Shown: positions 10,303 to 20,776 of the stretch, piece after piece
Layout of the letters: every line of letters starts with the position of its first letter
Position numbering within the stretch: the stretch's first letter is position 1
Origin: an uncultured Nitrososphaerales archaeon
Lineage (GTDB): Archaea > Thermoproteota > Nitrososphaeria > Nitrososphaerales > Nitrososphaeraceae
Length of the DNA: 64,000 nucleotides
NCBI GenBank assembly: GCA_963713605.1
Contig: CAVQMO010000012.1
Span: forward strand, 256,001 to 320,000
Direction of reading: 5' to 3'
The notes under the pieces: model-generated
Databases searched by the model: none
What the model saw: only the letters and a program-made list of their open reading frames with translations
Told to the model about the DNA's origin: nothing
Made by a program: the position numbers and the translations under genes

Positions 10303-11256
10303 GTGTTAGAAGGCTATGTTAGAGCTTTGAGTGGTCTAAGCGATGTCATGATATTGCACATTCATCATTTAATTCATGAGGAACATAGACCTTTTTCTTA
10401 TTTAGACTTCATGAAATTTCAGGTGAATGATGAAGAGTATAGAATGGCACACGGTACGTTTCGAAACAATATCTCCCGGCTAAGAAAAGAAGGTTTGATC
10501 GAAATTTCATACAAGTCTAGCATTGTTTTCTATACCCTTAGAGGCATAAAATTTGGTAAAGCTAGCAGAATAGCAATGACAGATGACCATACGGTGGTCA
10601 CACCTCACATAACACAGCATCTGAGCAGTAATCTCGTTTATCGAATTATCAAAGACCTACCACTGGAAAAGAATTCTGTTCACGATATACGATTGAAGTT
10701 TAATGTCCCAGAATTATATCGTATCATTGTTTCCCAAACCACTCATTCTTTGAGTCACGACTATACTATTAATCCTGTTAACAAAGACCTCTCTCTGCCG
10801 GTATGGCAGATACAGAATCTTGATGTAAGAATCGTAATACATAAGACAAACACGGTCAGCGTTATCATAGGATGCTCTTATAGTCCGATAGCCATCGATA
10901 TTGCAGGCGTAATACGGCTTACGAATGCTCTCGCAGTTGTTCAAGAAAGACTATCAAGACTAGTATCTCAGGATTATAGCGATCCAGGTGATGTCAATAA
11001 GATTCCTGATTATATGGAGTGGGTTGTGACTATGTGGCACTTTGGTGCAGATGCTTCTGTAGAGTATACTGGGGAAAGATTCTCTGTAACTTGGGGAATA
11101 GCACAAGATGCAATAATTCGTGTCTACAGCAAAACTATGAGGGATAATAGGACAAGAATAAGGCTGGAAAGGCAAGAATATCCTAGGATTACTTTAGCAC
11201 TCGCTCTTGAACAGAAGATCAATCACAACCACGATCAATGGTCTGGAGGCGAATAG
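10303..11256 (+). CDS. wHTH-containing protein; candidate divergent Rep_trans-like replication initiator
   Basis: N-terminal TFRNNISRLRKEGLIE wHTH; motifs HDIRLKF, WVVTMWHFGAD, RVYSK, RIRLERQE. Confidence 0.5.
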   Translation: MLEGYVRALSGLSDVMILHIHHLIHEEHRPFSYLDFMKFQVNDEEYRMAHGTFRNNISRLRKEGLIEISYKSSIVFYTLRGIKFGKASRIAMTDDHTVVTPHITQHLSSNLVYRIIKDLPLEKNSVHDIRLKFNVPELYRIIVSQTTHSLSHDYTINPVNKDLSLPVWQIQNLDVRIVIHKTNTVSVIIGCSYSPIAIDIAGVIRLTNALAVVQERLSRLVSQDYSDPGDVNKIPDYMEWVVTMWHFGADASVEYTGERFSVTWGIAQDAIIRVYSKTMRDNRTRIRLERQEYPRITLALALEQKINHNHDQWSGGE

Positions 11257-11262
11257 AAGTCC

Positions 11263-12122
11263 ATGCATAATAGAATTCACGATTCTTTGGAGGAGAACAA
11301 TACCCCAAGTTATTCAGAACAAGAACAAGGATCAAAACCGGAACAATTCACAAGGGAAAAGAAGCCTCTACCTGAAAATGTAACCGAATACATTCAGAAA
11401 GTGAGGGATGAACTCAAGAAATATGAGGAAAACAAGGAGTTCTATGAGACAAGACGTAAAAAAGAGATTATTCTTGATCTAGCGCTCTTCTTGAAGAGCA
11501 TCGATATCCTAAGGATTTGCTTCGATCTATATTAGCTCGTGAGTTGGGAGATTACATTAGCACAAGATATATTGAAAAGATTCTTGCAGAAAAATATCTA
11601 GACAAGAAGGAAGACAAGGAACAATCTACTAGTCAAATCGCGAACAATACGCGAAATGACAATAAGATTCCTATAGAAATATCATCTTCAGGCGAGAGCA
11701 TAATTGTCAATGGAATAGATGATCAAGGCAACAACAATCCCAATCTGCATGAAGCAAGTGATCTGAGCTTAGATGTACCAACAGAAGTCAAATCAGATAT
11801 AGTACTACAAGTAGAGCAAGACACAGGGGATATAATTAGAGTCTTACAAACGCAAGTAAGTGATTTACAAATGAAGTGTTCCCAATTTGAAGAGTTAGCT
11901 AATAAGGGTTCGATATGGAAAGAGAAGTATATTCGATTACAAAAAGAACTAGAACTATCAAAAACTAACGGAACGAAAATTATAAAGGGAAAGACCGAGA
12001 TCGAATTCGGTTCTGAATTTCTTCCACTTAGAGTTGAATATGATCCTCAGACGAATCAGTTTTCGGCATGGTTTCCACAGGGAGTAATTGAACGGCTATT
12101 AGCTGTACTAAAACGTAGATGA
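11263..12122 (+). CDS. Hypothetical coiled-coil protein, frameshifted near 11520
   Basis: Overlapping ORFs 11263-11535 and 11517-12122 read as one protein, co-oriented with the upstream gene. Confidence 0.55.
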
Positions 12123-12225
12123 TGGATTTAGATCAAATTCTTTAGTTTAAAATGATTGAGTAACTGGATATTACCATAATACAGTAACGTGGCAAGTGTA
12201 ACACCTGTAACAATAGAATACAATT

Positions 12226-12909
12226 TTGGTTGACCTCATGAAAGATAACATTGTCAAGAAGACCCCAAATGTAGTGACGACAAAATACTCTGCATTCTTC
12301 CTAGATAATGTTACAGGAGTAGTCTATGTCACTTGTGATTCCCCTCAATATGCTTCAGGCCAGATACGCATGCGTGGCAGAACGAACGGTCAGTATCCGT
12401 TTGGATACAAAAAAATGTTGGAAGAAATTTTCGGTAAATGCAGCTCATATGGAGAAGAGATTGAGGTTTGTTCTGGCTGGGTTAAGAATAGACCAAACTT
12501 AATGACAGTTGACATAAATCCAGACAGAAATCCTGTTCATGTTGGAGATGGTCAATCTCTGCCCGGAGGTTGGAGCAACCGATTTGAAAGATGGTCTAGT
12601 GATCCTCCATATAATAAACGGACTGCTGAGAAGATGTATGGAACCCCGTTACCATCGTGGTCAAAATTGCTGACTGAAGGTGCTAGAGTGACGAAGCCTG
12701 GAGGGTTGTTGTTCTTGCTCTTGGGAGATGTAAATTTTCAATGGCATCCAGAAGGAACAACTAGGATAGGATGGCTTGTTCTAAGTATTATCCCGAATCA
12801 AGAAGCAAGGGCAATCCACATCTATCTGAAAAATGCTGATGCAATAACGAGAAGTTCAGTTCAGAAGAAAACCAAGTATCATATTCAGACTTTAAACTCG
12901 TACCTCTAA
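12226..12909 (+). CDS. Orphan amino (N6-adenine/N4-cytosine) methyltransferase-like protein
   Basis: EVCSG (degenerate motif I), VDINPD, catalytic DPPY, RVTKPGG. Confidence 0.7.
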   Translation: MVDLMKDNIVKKTPNVVTTKYSAFFLDNVTGVVYVTCDSPQYASGQIRMRGRTNGQYPFGYKKMLEEIFGKCSSYGEEIEVCSGWVKNRPNLMTVDINPDRNPVHVGDGQSLPGGWSNRFERWSSDPPYNKRTAEKMYGTPLPSWSKLLTEGARVTKPGGLLFLLLGDVNFQWHPEGTTRIGWLVLSIIPNQEARAIHIYLKNADAITRSSVQKKTKYHIQTLNSYL

Positions 12910-13004
12910 TAGTCAGATGAGTCACATATGCCAATCATGCCCCTGCCTCTCTCCTCTTCTACAGGAATGTATTGCCGAGGAAAATATTTTGTGACCATAT
13001 TTTT

Positions 13005-13289
13005 CTATATAGCTATACTTGGAGAGTGGCTTCTAATCCCTTCTATCGAAGTTTGATACATAAATGGAAGGGCTTCTTTAGCCAAGGTATTCAGATAATT
13101 ATTTGATTGAGAAATTAAATATTGAATGTCTCTGCTCACAGTTGATGCATCAACACCTAACTCTCTGGCTATTTCATAGCCTTTCAACCCCTTGGTAAGA
13201 AGAACCAGAATATTCTCTCTTCTTTCTTTTATTTGTATTCTGTTGTGTGGTCTAGGCAATAGATTATTGCAGTTATTGTATTTATTCAC
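13005..13289 (-). CDS. HTH protein, probably truncated (possible terminase small subunit-like)
   Basis: ERRENILVLLTKGLKGYEIARELGVDASTVSRDIQYL. Confidence 0.65.
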   Translation of the reverse strand: MNKYNNCNNLLPRPHNRIQIKERRENILVLLTKGLKGYEIARELGVDASTVSRDIQYLISQSNNYLNTLAKEALPFMYQTSIEGIRSHSPSIAI

Positions 13290-13418
13290 ATTCGGTACTG
13301 ATAAATATATTGCAAATATCTCGGACCAAACAAAATGTTAAGACCACTTCAAAGGTCAACTAAGATCTTCTCCTAAGCTCTACAGAATATTCCTTTTGTC
13401 AATATCGCCTTTGCCTAT

Positions 13419-13497
13419 GTTGCTTTAGGTGAAGGTGTAACTACAAGAAAAGTTGGCGACAGAGTAGGCGTACCTTGGTTGCAATCAATTACATAGT
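13419..13497 (+). pseudogene. Fragment of a zinc-dependent alcohol dehydrogenase
   Basis: Manual translation VALGEGVTTRKVGDRVGVPWLQS matches the GroES-like ADH motif. Confidence 0.7.
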
Positions 13498-13876
13498 ATT
13501 TTAGGTCGTCTTACATTCTCCATCGATACATATGGTCTGTCTACTAATATACAGGCATTGACAGAAAGGTAGATAGTGTTGCCTGGCGAGATACCTTGTC
13601 CATGGAATAGTGAGGGGATCACGTATATTCTATTTGTGCGTATAAGCCTACGAGGAGGAGAAGGTTAAATGGCTAATATCCAGTCCAATTTTGAAATAGC
13701 TATTGTCAGCATGACAATAGTCTGTATTACCATTACAGGATTTCCGTTAGTTTGTATGTTGGTAAATTCCTTTAAAAGGAGAAGAAAAGTAGAACATTCC
13801 ACTCAATAATAGATAGATAGCGGGTACGCATTTGACTTCTGGCTTTCATGCTTAGTCACATCCTTTTACTTTTGAA

Positions 13877-13934
13877 TTTTTTTATACAAGTGTATACAAG
13901 CATGTTTTTTTATACAAGTGTATACAAGCATGTT
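13877..13934. repeat. Tandem duplication, 28 bp x2
   Basis: TTTTTTTATACAAGTGTATACAAGCATG repeated. Confidence 0.85.
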
Positions 13935-14232
13935 GGATAGTGATGTCCTCACCATCAACAGTTTATTTTTATCAGACAATGCAAACCGAATATAATAATA
14001 CACTACTGATACTATCTATTCAGATTTTTACACCACTAAGAACTTAATTTCATCTCGATGCAAAAGCTGATACTATCGAGGATATTCTTTTTTTGTGCCT
14101 TCCATTTATATTCAAAAGAATGTCTACCAACTGGAAAATCGAACTTATTAATTTTATTTATGAATTTTGAGTAACTTTATTGCTTATTCTTAAAATAAGC
14201 TGTCTGTTGATCTAACTTGTAAGGCCATAAAA

Positions 14233-14418
14233 ATGACTAGTGTTCAAAGATTGGGTTCAATGTATGCTATAGACAGTAGCGTTTTGCAGACATGTTATCA
14301 TCAATGTATCCAGTGTGGAATTATATATGGTTGTAAGCTGGTACATGCTTCTAATAGGTGCGATAATCCATTCTATCGTGGTAGATGTAGTATATGTAAT
14401 GGCGTAAAGACAGTTTGA
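14233..14418 (+). CDS. Small Cys-rich putative Zn-binding protein
   Basis: 61 aa with CIQC and CSIC pairs. Confidence 0.4.
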   Translation: MTSVQRLGSMYAIDSSVLQTCYHQCIQCGIIYGCKLVHASNRCDNPFYRGRCSICNGVKTV

Positions 14419-14824
14419 ATGTAGAAGTGCTAATAGAGCTAGTCGCTACAACGCGGAGGTTTCTGAGTTTTTCCGCGCAAAAAATTCAGATTACAGAATC
14501 ATAAATTCTCATTCCCCTTGATATAATCTATCATTTCTAAGTAGATCTAACGGGAAATCCAACACATCTACTATTCTGGAAATATCCCTTAAGATCTCTG
14601 TAATTCCTGTGATTGCGTACATCAGCGTTCTCTCCATTCGATTGTGTTTGTGGACATCTGTTCTGATCAGGCGGAAATAGAATATTATTAACTGTAGAGA
14701 TCACTTACCCGATTTGTCCCACAAACCTATCGATAACACTGTGTGCGGTCTAGATGCAGTAATATCGCGGCATGGTAATCGTTCTGAAGAAAGTTTAGTC
14801 GTTTCTAACTGCCTACCCACCCGA

Positions 14825-15175
14825 CTACTTACCTGCTTTTTCGATTCTGTCCTGGTTCTTGTAGTAGCAGTCGATAACTTTGTATGGATTGATTTCCGTT
14901 GCATAGCCACATTCATTACTATAGATGTCAAGACCTTCAAGAGTCTGGATACTGCTTAGTATTTCGTCTGTTTGATTGTTGGCCTTTGACTCAGCGTCCA
15001 TAAGTCTATCAAACTCTTCTGAAGTCATGTTTTCCACCTCGACCTCATAGGTCGAGTTAATTGCTATGGTAGACGCAAAAACGTATGCATTTTCTGAGTA
15101 TGCCGCTAGCCCTATACCTAGACATAGATCTAGCGCAATAAGAAGTGGACTCGTATGGTGTTGCCAGTTAGCCAT
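14825..15175 (-). CDS. Hypothetical secreted protein
   Basis: Signal-like N-terminus, acidic body. Confidence 0.45.
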   Translation of the reverse strand: MANWQHHTSPLLIALDLCLGIGLAAYSENAYVFASTIAINSTYEVEVENMTSEEFDRLMDAESKANNQTDEILSSIQTLEGLDIYSNECGYATEINPYKVIDCYYKNQDRIEKAGK

Positions 15176-15845
15176 TTATTTGACTTCTTAGAGGGCTTCC
15201 ATAGTTTAAGTCATCCTATACGCCAGTCACAGTGACGAGTTCATTACCGTTCCTAAGATATTATAACCGTTCTTGAAATGACCTTATTTGCCATAGAACA
15301 GAAAATTCCCTATAATGAAAAAACTCTTCATTCTCTTATTGACAGGGGCAACAACTCTATCGTCTCTCTTCGGACATCAAGCAGTTGACGCAGGAATGAA
15401 TATGCAGTGAATTGATTAATACTATCGCTGACTAGTGACGGCACTAGTAGTGGCATTTACAGCCGCAATCCTTACTGTTGCATTGAAGATGTGCTTCTGT
15501 TAGGCAGGCTAATGATTTGACTACACCAACTCTGCTCTTTACCATTCTTTCATACTTCATAACTATCCAGGCGATCCTAATAACGAGAAGAGTCTACTTA
15601 ACTCAGCGGCCGCTCTCCACGGGCCATCCTCTGTGTCAGTAATTAATTTGTCAAGAGCTTTAGAGTTGTTTTGACTTTGAACGATTAGCAGAATGATGAT
15701 GATTATTGGATGATTATAGGATCCTGTTATGGAATGAGGCACACACTAGGATATTGAGATTTATCCTTTTTGCGCTAAACGAGATCCACCCTTCTTAATG
15801 ATCAGAGCTTCTCCGGAGGTTCATAGTTACATAAAGCAAGCCTCC

Positions 15846-16356
15846 TTATGCTTTATGCTCCTTGTTAAATGGGACCGGGATTACCATCATATTTTCCTCA
15901 AGAAATTTTAGGTCGAATACGGATGGATATTGTTTCTTTAAGAAGGAACTTATGCGTTGATAATCGGTATCCACATCCAATCTTTCCTTCAAAGCACGGA
16001 TAAAGGATGGATTAGCACCATCCACAAATATCCTGCTTCTACCCTCGAAGGTAATACTATACTCGTCAAGTAGATTAACGGTAATATCAATCATTTTGTT
16101 AAAGTCAGGCCTTTGATAGTCCTCTGCATGCAAGACATGAATTAGTCCATCCACTAATTCAGTTATGCATACACCAAAGTTTGAGGAGCCAAATCCAGGA
16201 TCGAGGCCTACAGACTTCTGCGAATAACTATTACCGGAATCCGGTAAATGTTTCCTGCTTTTCTCAATTGCTGCCTCAATATCCTTGGTATGGAAGATAT
16301 TCCCTATTTTTCCTGCAAAGTGTAAATTGTAATCTCTATGAACGAAGGTGATAAGC
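15846..16356 (-). pseudogene. Terminase large subunit C-terminal (RNase H-like nuclease) remnant
   Basis: Frame upstream of the listed ORF reads RDYNLHFAGKIGNIF...VGLDPGFGSSNFGVC, followed by IFVDGANPSFIRALK; no ATPase domain seen. Confidence 0.7.
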
Positions 16357-16370
16357 GTTATAATGCTTAT

Positions 16371-16555
16371 GTCTTTTTCATGGTACTCACTCTATATGAA
16401 GAAGTAGTCCCGTAGATATGGTCTTTTTCATGGTACTCACTCTATATGAAGAAGTAGTCCCGTAGATATGGTCTTTTTCATGGTACTCACTCTATATGAA
16501 GAAGTAGTCCCGTAGATATGGTCTTTTTCATGGTATTCACTCTATATGAAGAAGT
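16371..16555. repeat. Near-perfect 50-bp tandem repeat, 3.7 copies
   Basis: Unit GTCTTTTTCATGGTACTCACTCTATATGAAGAAGTAGTCCCGTAGATATG starts at 16371, 16421, 16471 and 16521 (last copy partial, one C>T change). Confidence 0.95.
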
Positions 16556-16660
16556 GAGTAAGTTATTCTCTAGCCAAACCCGTACCAGGGCAAGTAGTAC
16601 CTAATAAGTCAATACTATCTTAGAATCGGCGCTTTTAATACTCATGACTTTCGTACGCCG

Positions 16661-17217
16661 ATGATGAATTCCAAGGAAACCAAAAATAAGAGTAGGTTAT
16701 ATCTGTCAGCCCTACTAATGCTGACAGCGACAGCACTGCTGTCAACAGTTACGATAACTGGCAACGACGTGTTTGCCCAAAGCGATAGCGAGGAAGACAG
16801 CAACAGCAACAGCGATAATGTAGTGGCCAATGACAATGCAGGAGAAGGCGGCAATGGCGATACTCAACCCGATCGAGTGGGTTCACACGATGACGAACAA
16901 CAGACTTCAGACGAAGGAGCAGACGCAGGCGGAACAGTAAGCGATCCAACAATTCCAGAGGATGAATTAGGCGACGACGGCGAGATATCAGCGGATTGTT
17001 TCGGCAAGGTGATTAGCCATGAAGCACAGGAGCACAAGGAGAATCCAGAAGAGGGCACGCTCGGCGAGCATAGTAGTGATCCGGTTCCAGACTAGATGGT
17101 AACGAAACACCCAGACAAGGAATAGGCAACCAAGATCAAGGACACCCAGCGGATCACGGAGCGTTCAATAGTCAGTTTGACGACGACGACGCTGAGAACG
17201 TAGAAGAGAACTGTTAG
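16661..17217 (+). CDS. Secreted, highly acidic low-complexity protein; frameshift near 17093
   Basis: Signal peptide ending VFAQ; D/E/G/N-rich; alternative frame continues DGNETPRQGIGNQDQGHPADHG...ENC* to 17217. Confidence 0.7.
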
Positions 17218-17391
17218 ACGACAAGAAGAGGGCTGTCCTATGGGGACACCCATCTATTTTCTTAATGTAAATACGCCACCTATAAGACTATTAACTTAAT
17301 GCCAGAACTGCATCGATAGTCTGAAACTATTGTTTCAGAACTATAGATGAACGTTATATAAAGAATGTCTGCGTAGTACAGTACTTTACCT

Positions 17392-17538
17392 ATGAGATGG
17401 ATTTGCATTTACTGTAACAGCATAATGGATTATACTAATTTTGCAGAGTTCGTAAAGCAAAGCGACAACGACAAGAACAGCAATCAGCAAGCGAAAGTAG
17501 ATTACCACGCTTGGCGACTATTGCCGCCAGAAGACTAG
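17392..17538 (+). CDS. Small CxxC protein (48 aa)
   Basis: MRWICIYCNS...; TTATATAAA box a short distance upstream. Confidence 0.4.
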   Translation: MRWICIYCNSIMDYTNFAEFVKQSDNDKNSNQQAKVDYHAWRLLPPED

Positions 17539-17650
17539 ACTAGACTAATGCTAGAATTGAATATAATATATACATATAATATAATGTACTTATCTGCCAA
17601 TAGGCGGTAACAAGTTTTTAGGATCTTGTCATAAGATATAGCCCTGATTC

Positions 17651-17953
17651 ATGCATACGTTAATGGATAGCATAAGAAAGGAAACTGACAAAATGGACCA
17701 GCAGTTGGAAGGGATACACGGAGAGTTTGACAAAACGAAAGCAGTTCTAGAAAAAAAGATAGCCCTCTACAGTAGGTATGAAAACAGCGACCGGCTAACC
17801 AAAATGGACAGGCTAGAAGTCCAAAATAAAAAGAATTGGTACATGGCTCATTTACTAGGTCTAATAGAGCACGAGGACTTTACTAATAAACTCGGTGAAC
17901 TTACAGAACGTGTAAATAAGTTAGAAAAGGCTGTCCAAATGGAAGAAGAATAA
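17651..17953 (+). CDS. Hypothetical coiled-coil protein
   Basis: 100-aa charged helical ORF. Confidence 0.55.
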   Translation: MHTLMDSIRKETDKMDQQLEGIHGEFDKTKAVLEKKIALYSRYENSDRLTKMDRLEVQNKKNWYMAHLLGLIEHEDFTNKLGELTERVNKLEKAVQMEEE

Positions 17954-18271
17954 TAGCGGGTTGGAGAAATTCGGCTGACCTTACCTTTTCTATTTCGTAG
18001 GCTTCGAGACATGATTCACATTCTTGTCTTTGCATCTGCTGCTTCAAATCCTGTTGCCAATTGGCAACACTTAATTAATTATTTAAAATGTGCTAAAAAC
18101 GAGATAGGTGAATAAGGTGCATGATGGAACCTACATAACCCACTTACTCACCTAACATGAATGGTTGTCTCAGGATTGGCACAATAACTAAAATATGGTA
18201 AGTGTAACTAAGGATAATCACTAATTGTCATTTAGGTAAATGTTCAAAAAATTGCAATTAGGAATTACAAA

Positions 18272-18511
18272 TCATAATCTCCATAAGTGGCAATATCCAA
18301 TATTAGAATAACGTGTTACGAGGTGTTGTACCGTCACCGCACCGATATACTTTTTCTTTAACTTCCATACGGTCGCAGACTGGTTATCGCCACTCAAAAT
18401 TCTTTCCTTCCAGTAAGCATAGTAGTATGGGCCACCATGAGACATTTCACAATCATTTTTTCCACACTTGACATATTCCTCCCTTATAATAGCGTTTGCC
18501 GGTAGGGCCAA
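18272..18511 (-). CDS. DUF6788-like small Zn-binding protein
   Basis: EYVKCGKNDC...HGGPYYYAYWKE...LKKKYIG. Confidence 0.65.
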   Translation of the reverse strand: MALPANAIIREEYVKCGKNDCEMSHGGPYYYAYWKERILSGDNQSATVWKLKKKYIGAVTVQHLVTRYSNIGYCHLWRL

Positions 18512-18674
18512 AAATCTTTGAATAGACTGCGTCCGGGCAACTTCGATTCTTTTGACGAATCTTCTATGACGCTCCAGCCTTCATATTTACTGAAGAAATG
18601 AATGCGAGTAGAATAAGTTTTTGTTCCTTCACTTACACAATATCCACAGATCTGATATTGAATAATTAATCCGA

Positions 18675-19030
18675 TTAGTATCCTACTTTCTTCATCTTTG
18701 AACCGCATTTAGGACAAGCGATTTCCCTGTGCTCGTTGCTGCATTTCATGCAATAGTATTTGACTGGTCCATAGTCATTTTCGGTAGAAGGAGATCCTTT
18801 GGGAGATGAAATTGATCTAAAGAATTCCTTGATGCCCCTAAAATCAGTACTGCTACCTATACTATTTCTCCTAGGATCAACAGCTAATTTTCTGAAGAGC
18901 TGGTTTCTTCTGTACCAGCTACAGTACCAAGAATGCAAACAAGGCAATAATAAAATCAGCGGGAAAAGGCAGGAACAACATGATAACAACAGTCACAGCC
19001 ATGTAAATCGCAGCCCATTTAAGTTGATAT
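18675..19030 (-). CDS. Small membrane protein with C-terminal Zn ribbon (5' end frameshifted, approximate)
   Basis: YYCMKCSNEHREIACPKCGSKMKKVG; paralogue at 45770-46102. Confidence 0.65.
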
Positions 19031-19105
19031 ATGGCAAGCTGTTTTTTATTAAGATCTTCCATCTGTTCCTATTATTATCATTATCCTGATCATGAATTTA
19101 ATATT

Positions 19106-19502
19106 ATGTCTGTAAATTACTCCCTAGGACTTTGGGGGGGTTCGATATCAAGTCAAAGAAGTTCCGCGCTCGATTGCATTCTATACTAAGATGCTTCGTT
19201 TCAATCTGGACCAGCAAAATTTGCCTGCTTTTGGTCAGGTTTCGATCGGCAATCTTAAACATATTCTCAGCGGTCCCGGAGCTTCTGGTTCTCGACCGAT
19301 GCCCGATGGCCGTCAGCAAGAGCCTGGTGGATAGAACCGGATAGTCCTCCAAGTGCAGGACTTGCCTGCACGTATTACCGAACTCAAGAAGGAGGGAGTG
19401 CATTTCAGAAATGAGATGGAAGTAGGTCCCGGCGGACAGACAATCCAAGTGGAAGACCCAGATGGTAACCTGATTGAGTTATTCGAACCTGCCCAGCGGT
19501 AG
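19106..19502 (+). pseudogene. VOC/glyoxalase family protein with a G7 frameshift and an in-frame TAG
   Basis: Manual translation VRYQVKEVPRSIAFYT...RPMPDGRQQEPGG*NRIVLQV...GPGG.TIQVEDPDGNLIELFEP; TAG at 19332 where Trp is expected. Confidence 0.85.
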
Positions 19503-19658
19503 TGGCTGATAGTAAACAACTGTCTCTAATATGGCACGTACTCAGTAAAAGCTCAATTCTTCTTCGGTCACTAGATCCTTTATTCCCATAAAATAATCAA
19601 GTATATACGCGCGGTTATCTCTCAAATAACTTTTAATATCTACTTCATATGTGCTATG

Positions 19659-20289
19659 CTAAGCAATTTCAGCTAGTCGTCTGCGTGCTGTCTCTACAGT
19701 CATAGAATTATTATAGATTGGTGAGCCTGGTTGTTGTTTACGACCCCCTTCTCTAAGTGAACCTGTATCTACAGCTACAAAACCTATATCATCTATCAGT
19801 TTTGATACTACAGGCTTTTGCATCGACATCATCACCTGCGATGAAAAGCACAAGGCGATCTTCTCCAGATGGACGACTACCATCACGTAGAGTTTCATAA
19901 TACATGGTGTTGAATGCCTTTACAAGATGAATACCAGAAACTTGTTTTGCTACCTCTTCACTTGAGGTTCTATTTCCTAGATCTATTACTTCAAAGTTTT
20001 CAGAGTATGGATTTGTAGCATCGATTACAATTTTGTTCTTAAATAGCTCTGATGGTAATGATCGTAACACGTCTCTCTTTCTCCACGGCAAAGCAAGGAG
20101 TATAACATCACCAAATGCTATTGTCTCTTCTACCGTCATAGCTTTAGCATCGGGACCAAGAGATTCTACAAATAGTTGAAGTGATTGAGGTCCCTTTGAA
20201 TTACTGACCGCTATTTCATGACCAGCATTGAGAAAGAGTTTCGCCGCAGTTCCACCTATATTTCCAGAGCCTATGATCCCAATTTTCAT
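19659..20289 (-). CDS. NADPH-dependent F420 reductase family oxidoreductase, frameshifted near 19815
   Basis: MKIGIIGSGNIG, IDATNP, VKAFNT, then GFVAVDTGSLREG..QQPGSPIY in the second frame. Confidence 0.85.
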
Positions 20290-20776
20290 GAGATATCTAC
20301 CCCATCTTCCTAGATCTGTTCACGCATGTTCTTTATATTATTATTTACTTCTTTTTTATATCCTTTTTTCAGAGGAGCTCTGGAAAACAAAAAAGAAAGC
20401 TCAGTGTTACCGTCGTCTTCTCTCGAGATATTGCATTCTAACTGTTAAAGCCATTAATTGATTGGAAAGGTGTGCTATAGCATCATCCGTCATCTTGTTG
20501 AATTTGCAGTCGAAATCTCATTAGCAAAAGCTAGGAAAGATGATTCAGAGATCAGGATAAGGAATAAAGAGGAATTGCTCCACGCATTAATAGATAAAGA
20601 AACATTCGATACTGGAACAAGGTATTTTAATTTTGGCATCTAAACCATCGTTTAGATCTGTATTTAATCAGTTTTCTAAAAGGACTAGAAAACTGAATAA
20701 TGAATTGTATTTCTACGGAAACTTATAGTTGATAACCAAAATCAGTGTAACTAGAGTGACACAGTAACAGCTTGGC

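Larger units (their letters stand above)
7665..18511. mobile_element. Decayed integrated mobile element or provirus remnant (boundaries approximate)
   Basis: Integrase, AbrB, wHTH proteins, DNA methyltransferase, terminase-nuclease fragment, low coding density; no att repeats identified. Confidence 0.65.

Noticed and set aside
10005..11256. AbrB plus downstream gene as a toxin-antitoxin pair
   Set aside because: Downstream protein is 317 aa with no PIN, MazF or Fic motifs
16371..16555. 50-bp repeats as a CRISPR array
   Set aside because: Units are contiguous and identical with no unique spacers; no cas genes in the window
19332..19334. In-frame TAG (and TAA at 43932) as genetic-code recoding
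   Set aside because: Two different stop codons replace Trp and Tyr by single substitutions; no pyl genes seen and TAG terminates many genes normally
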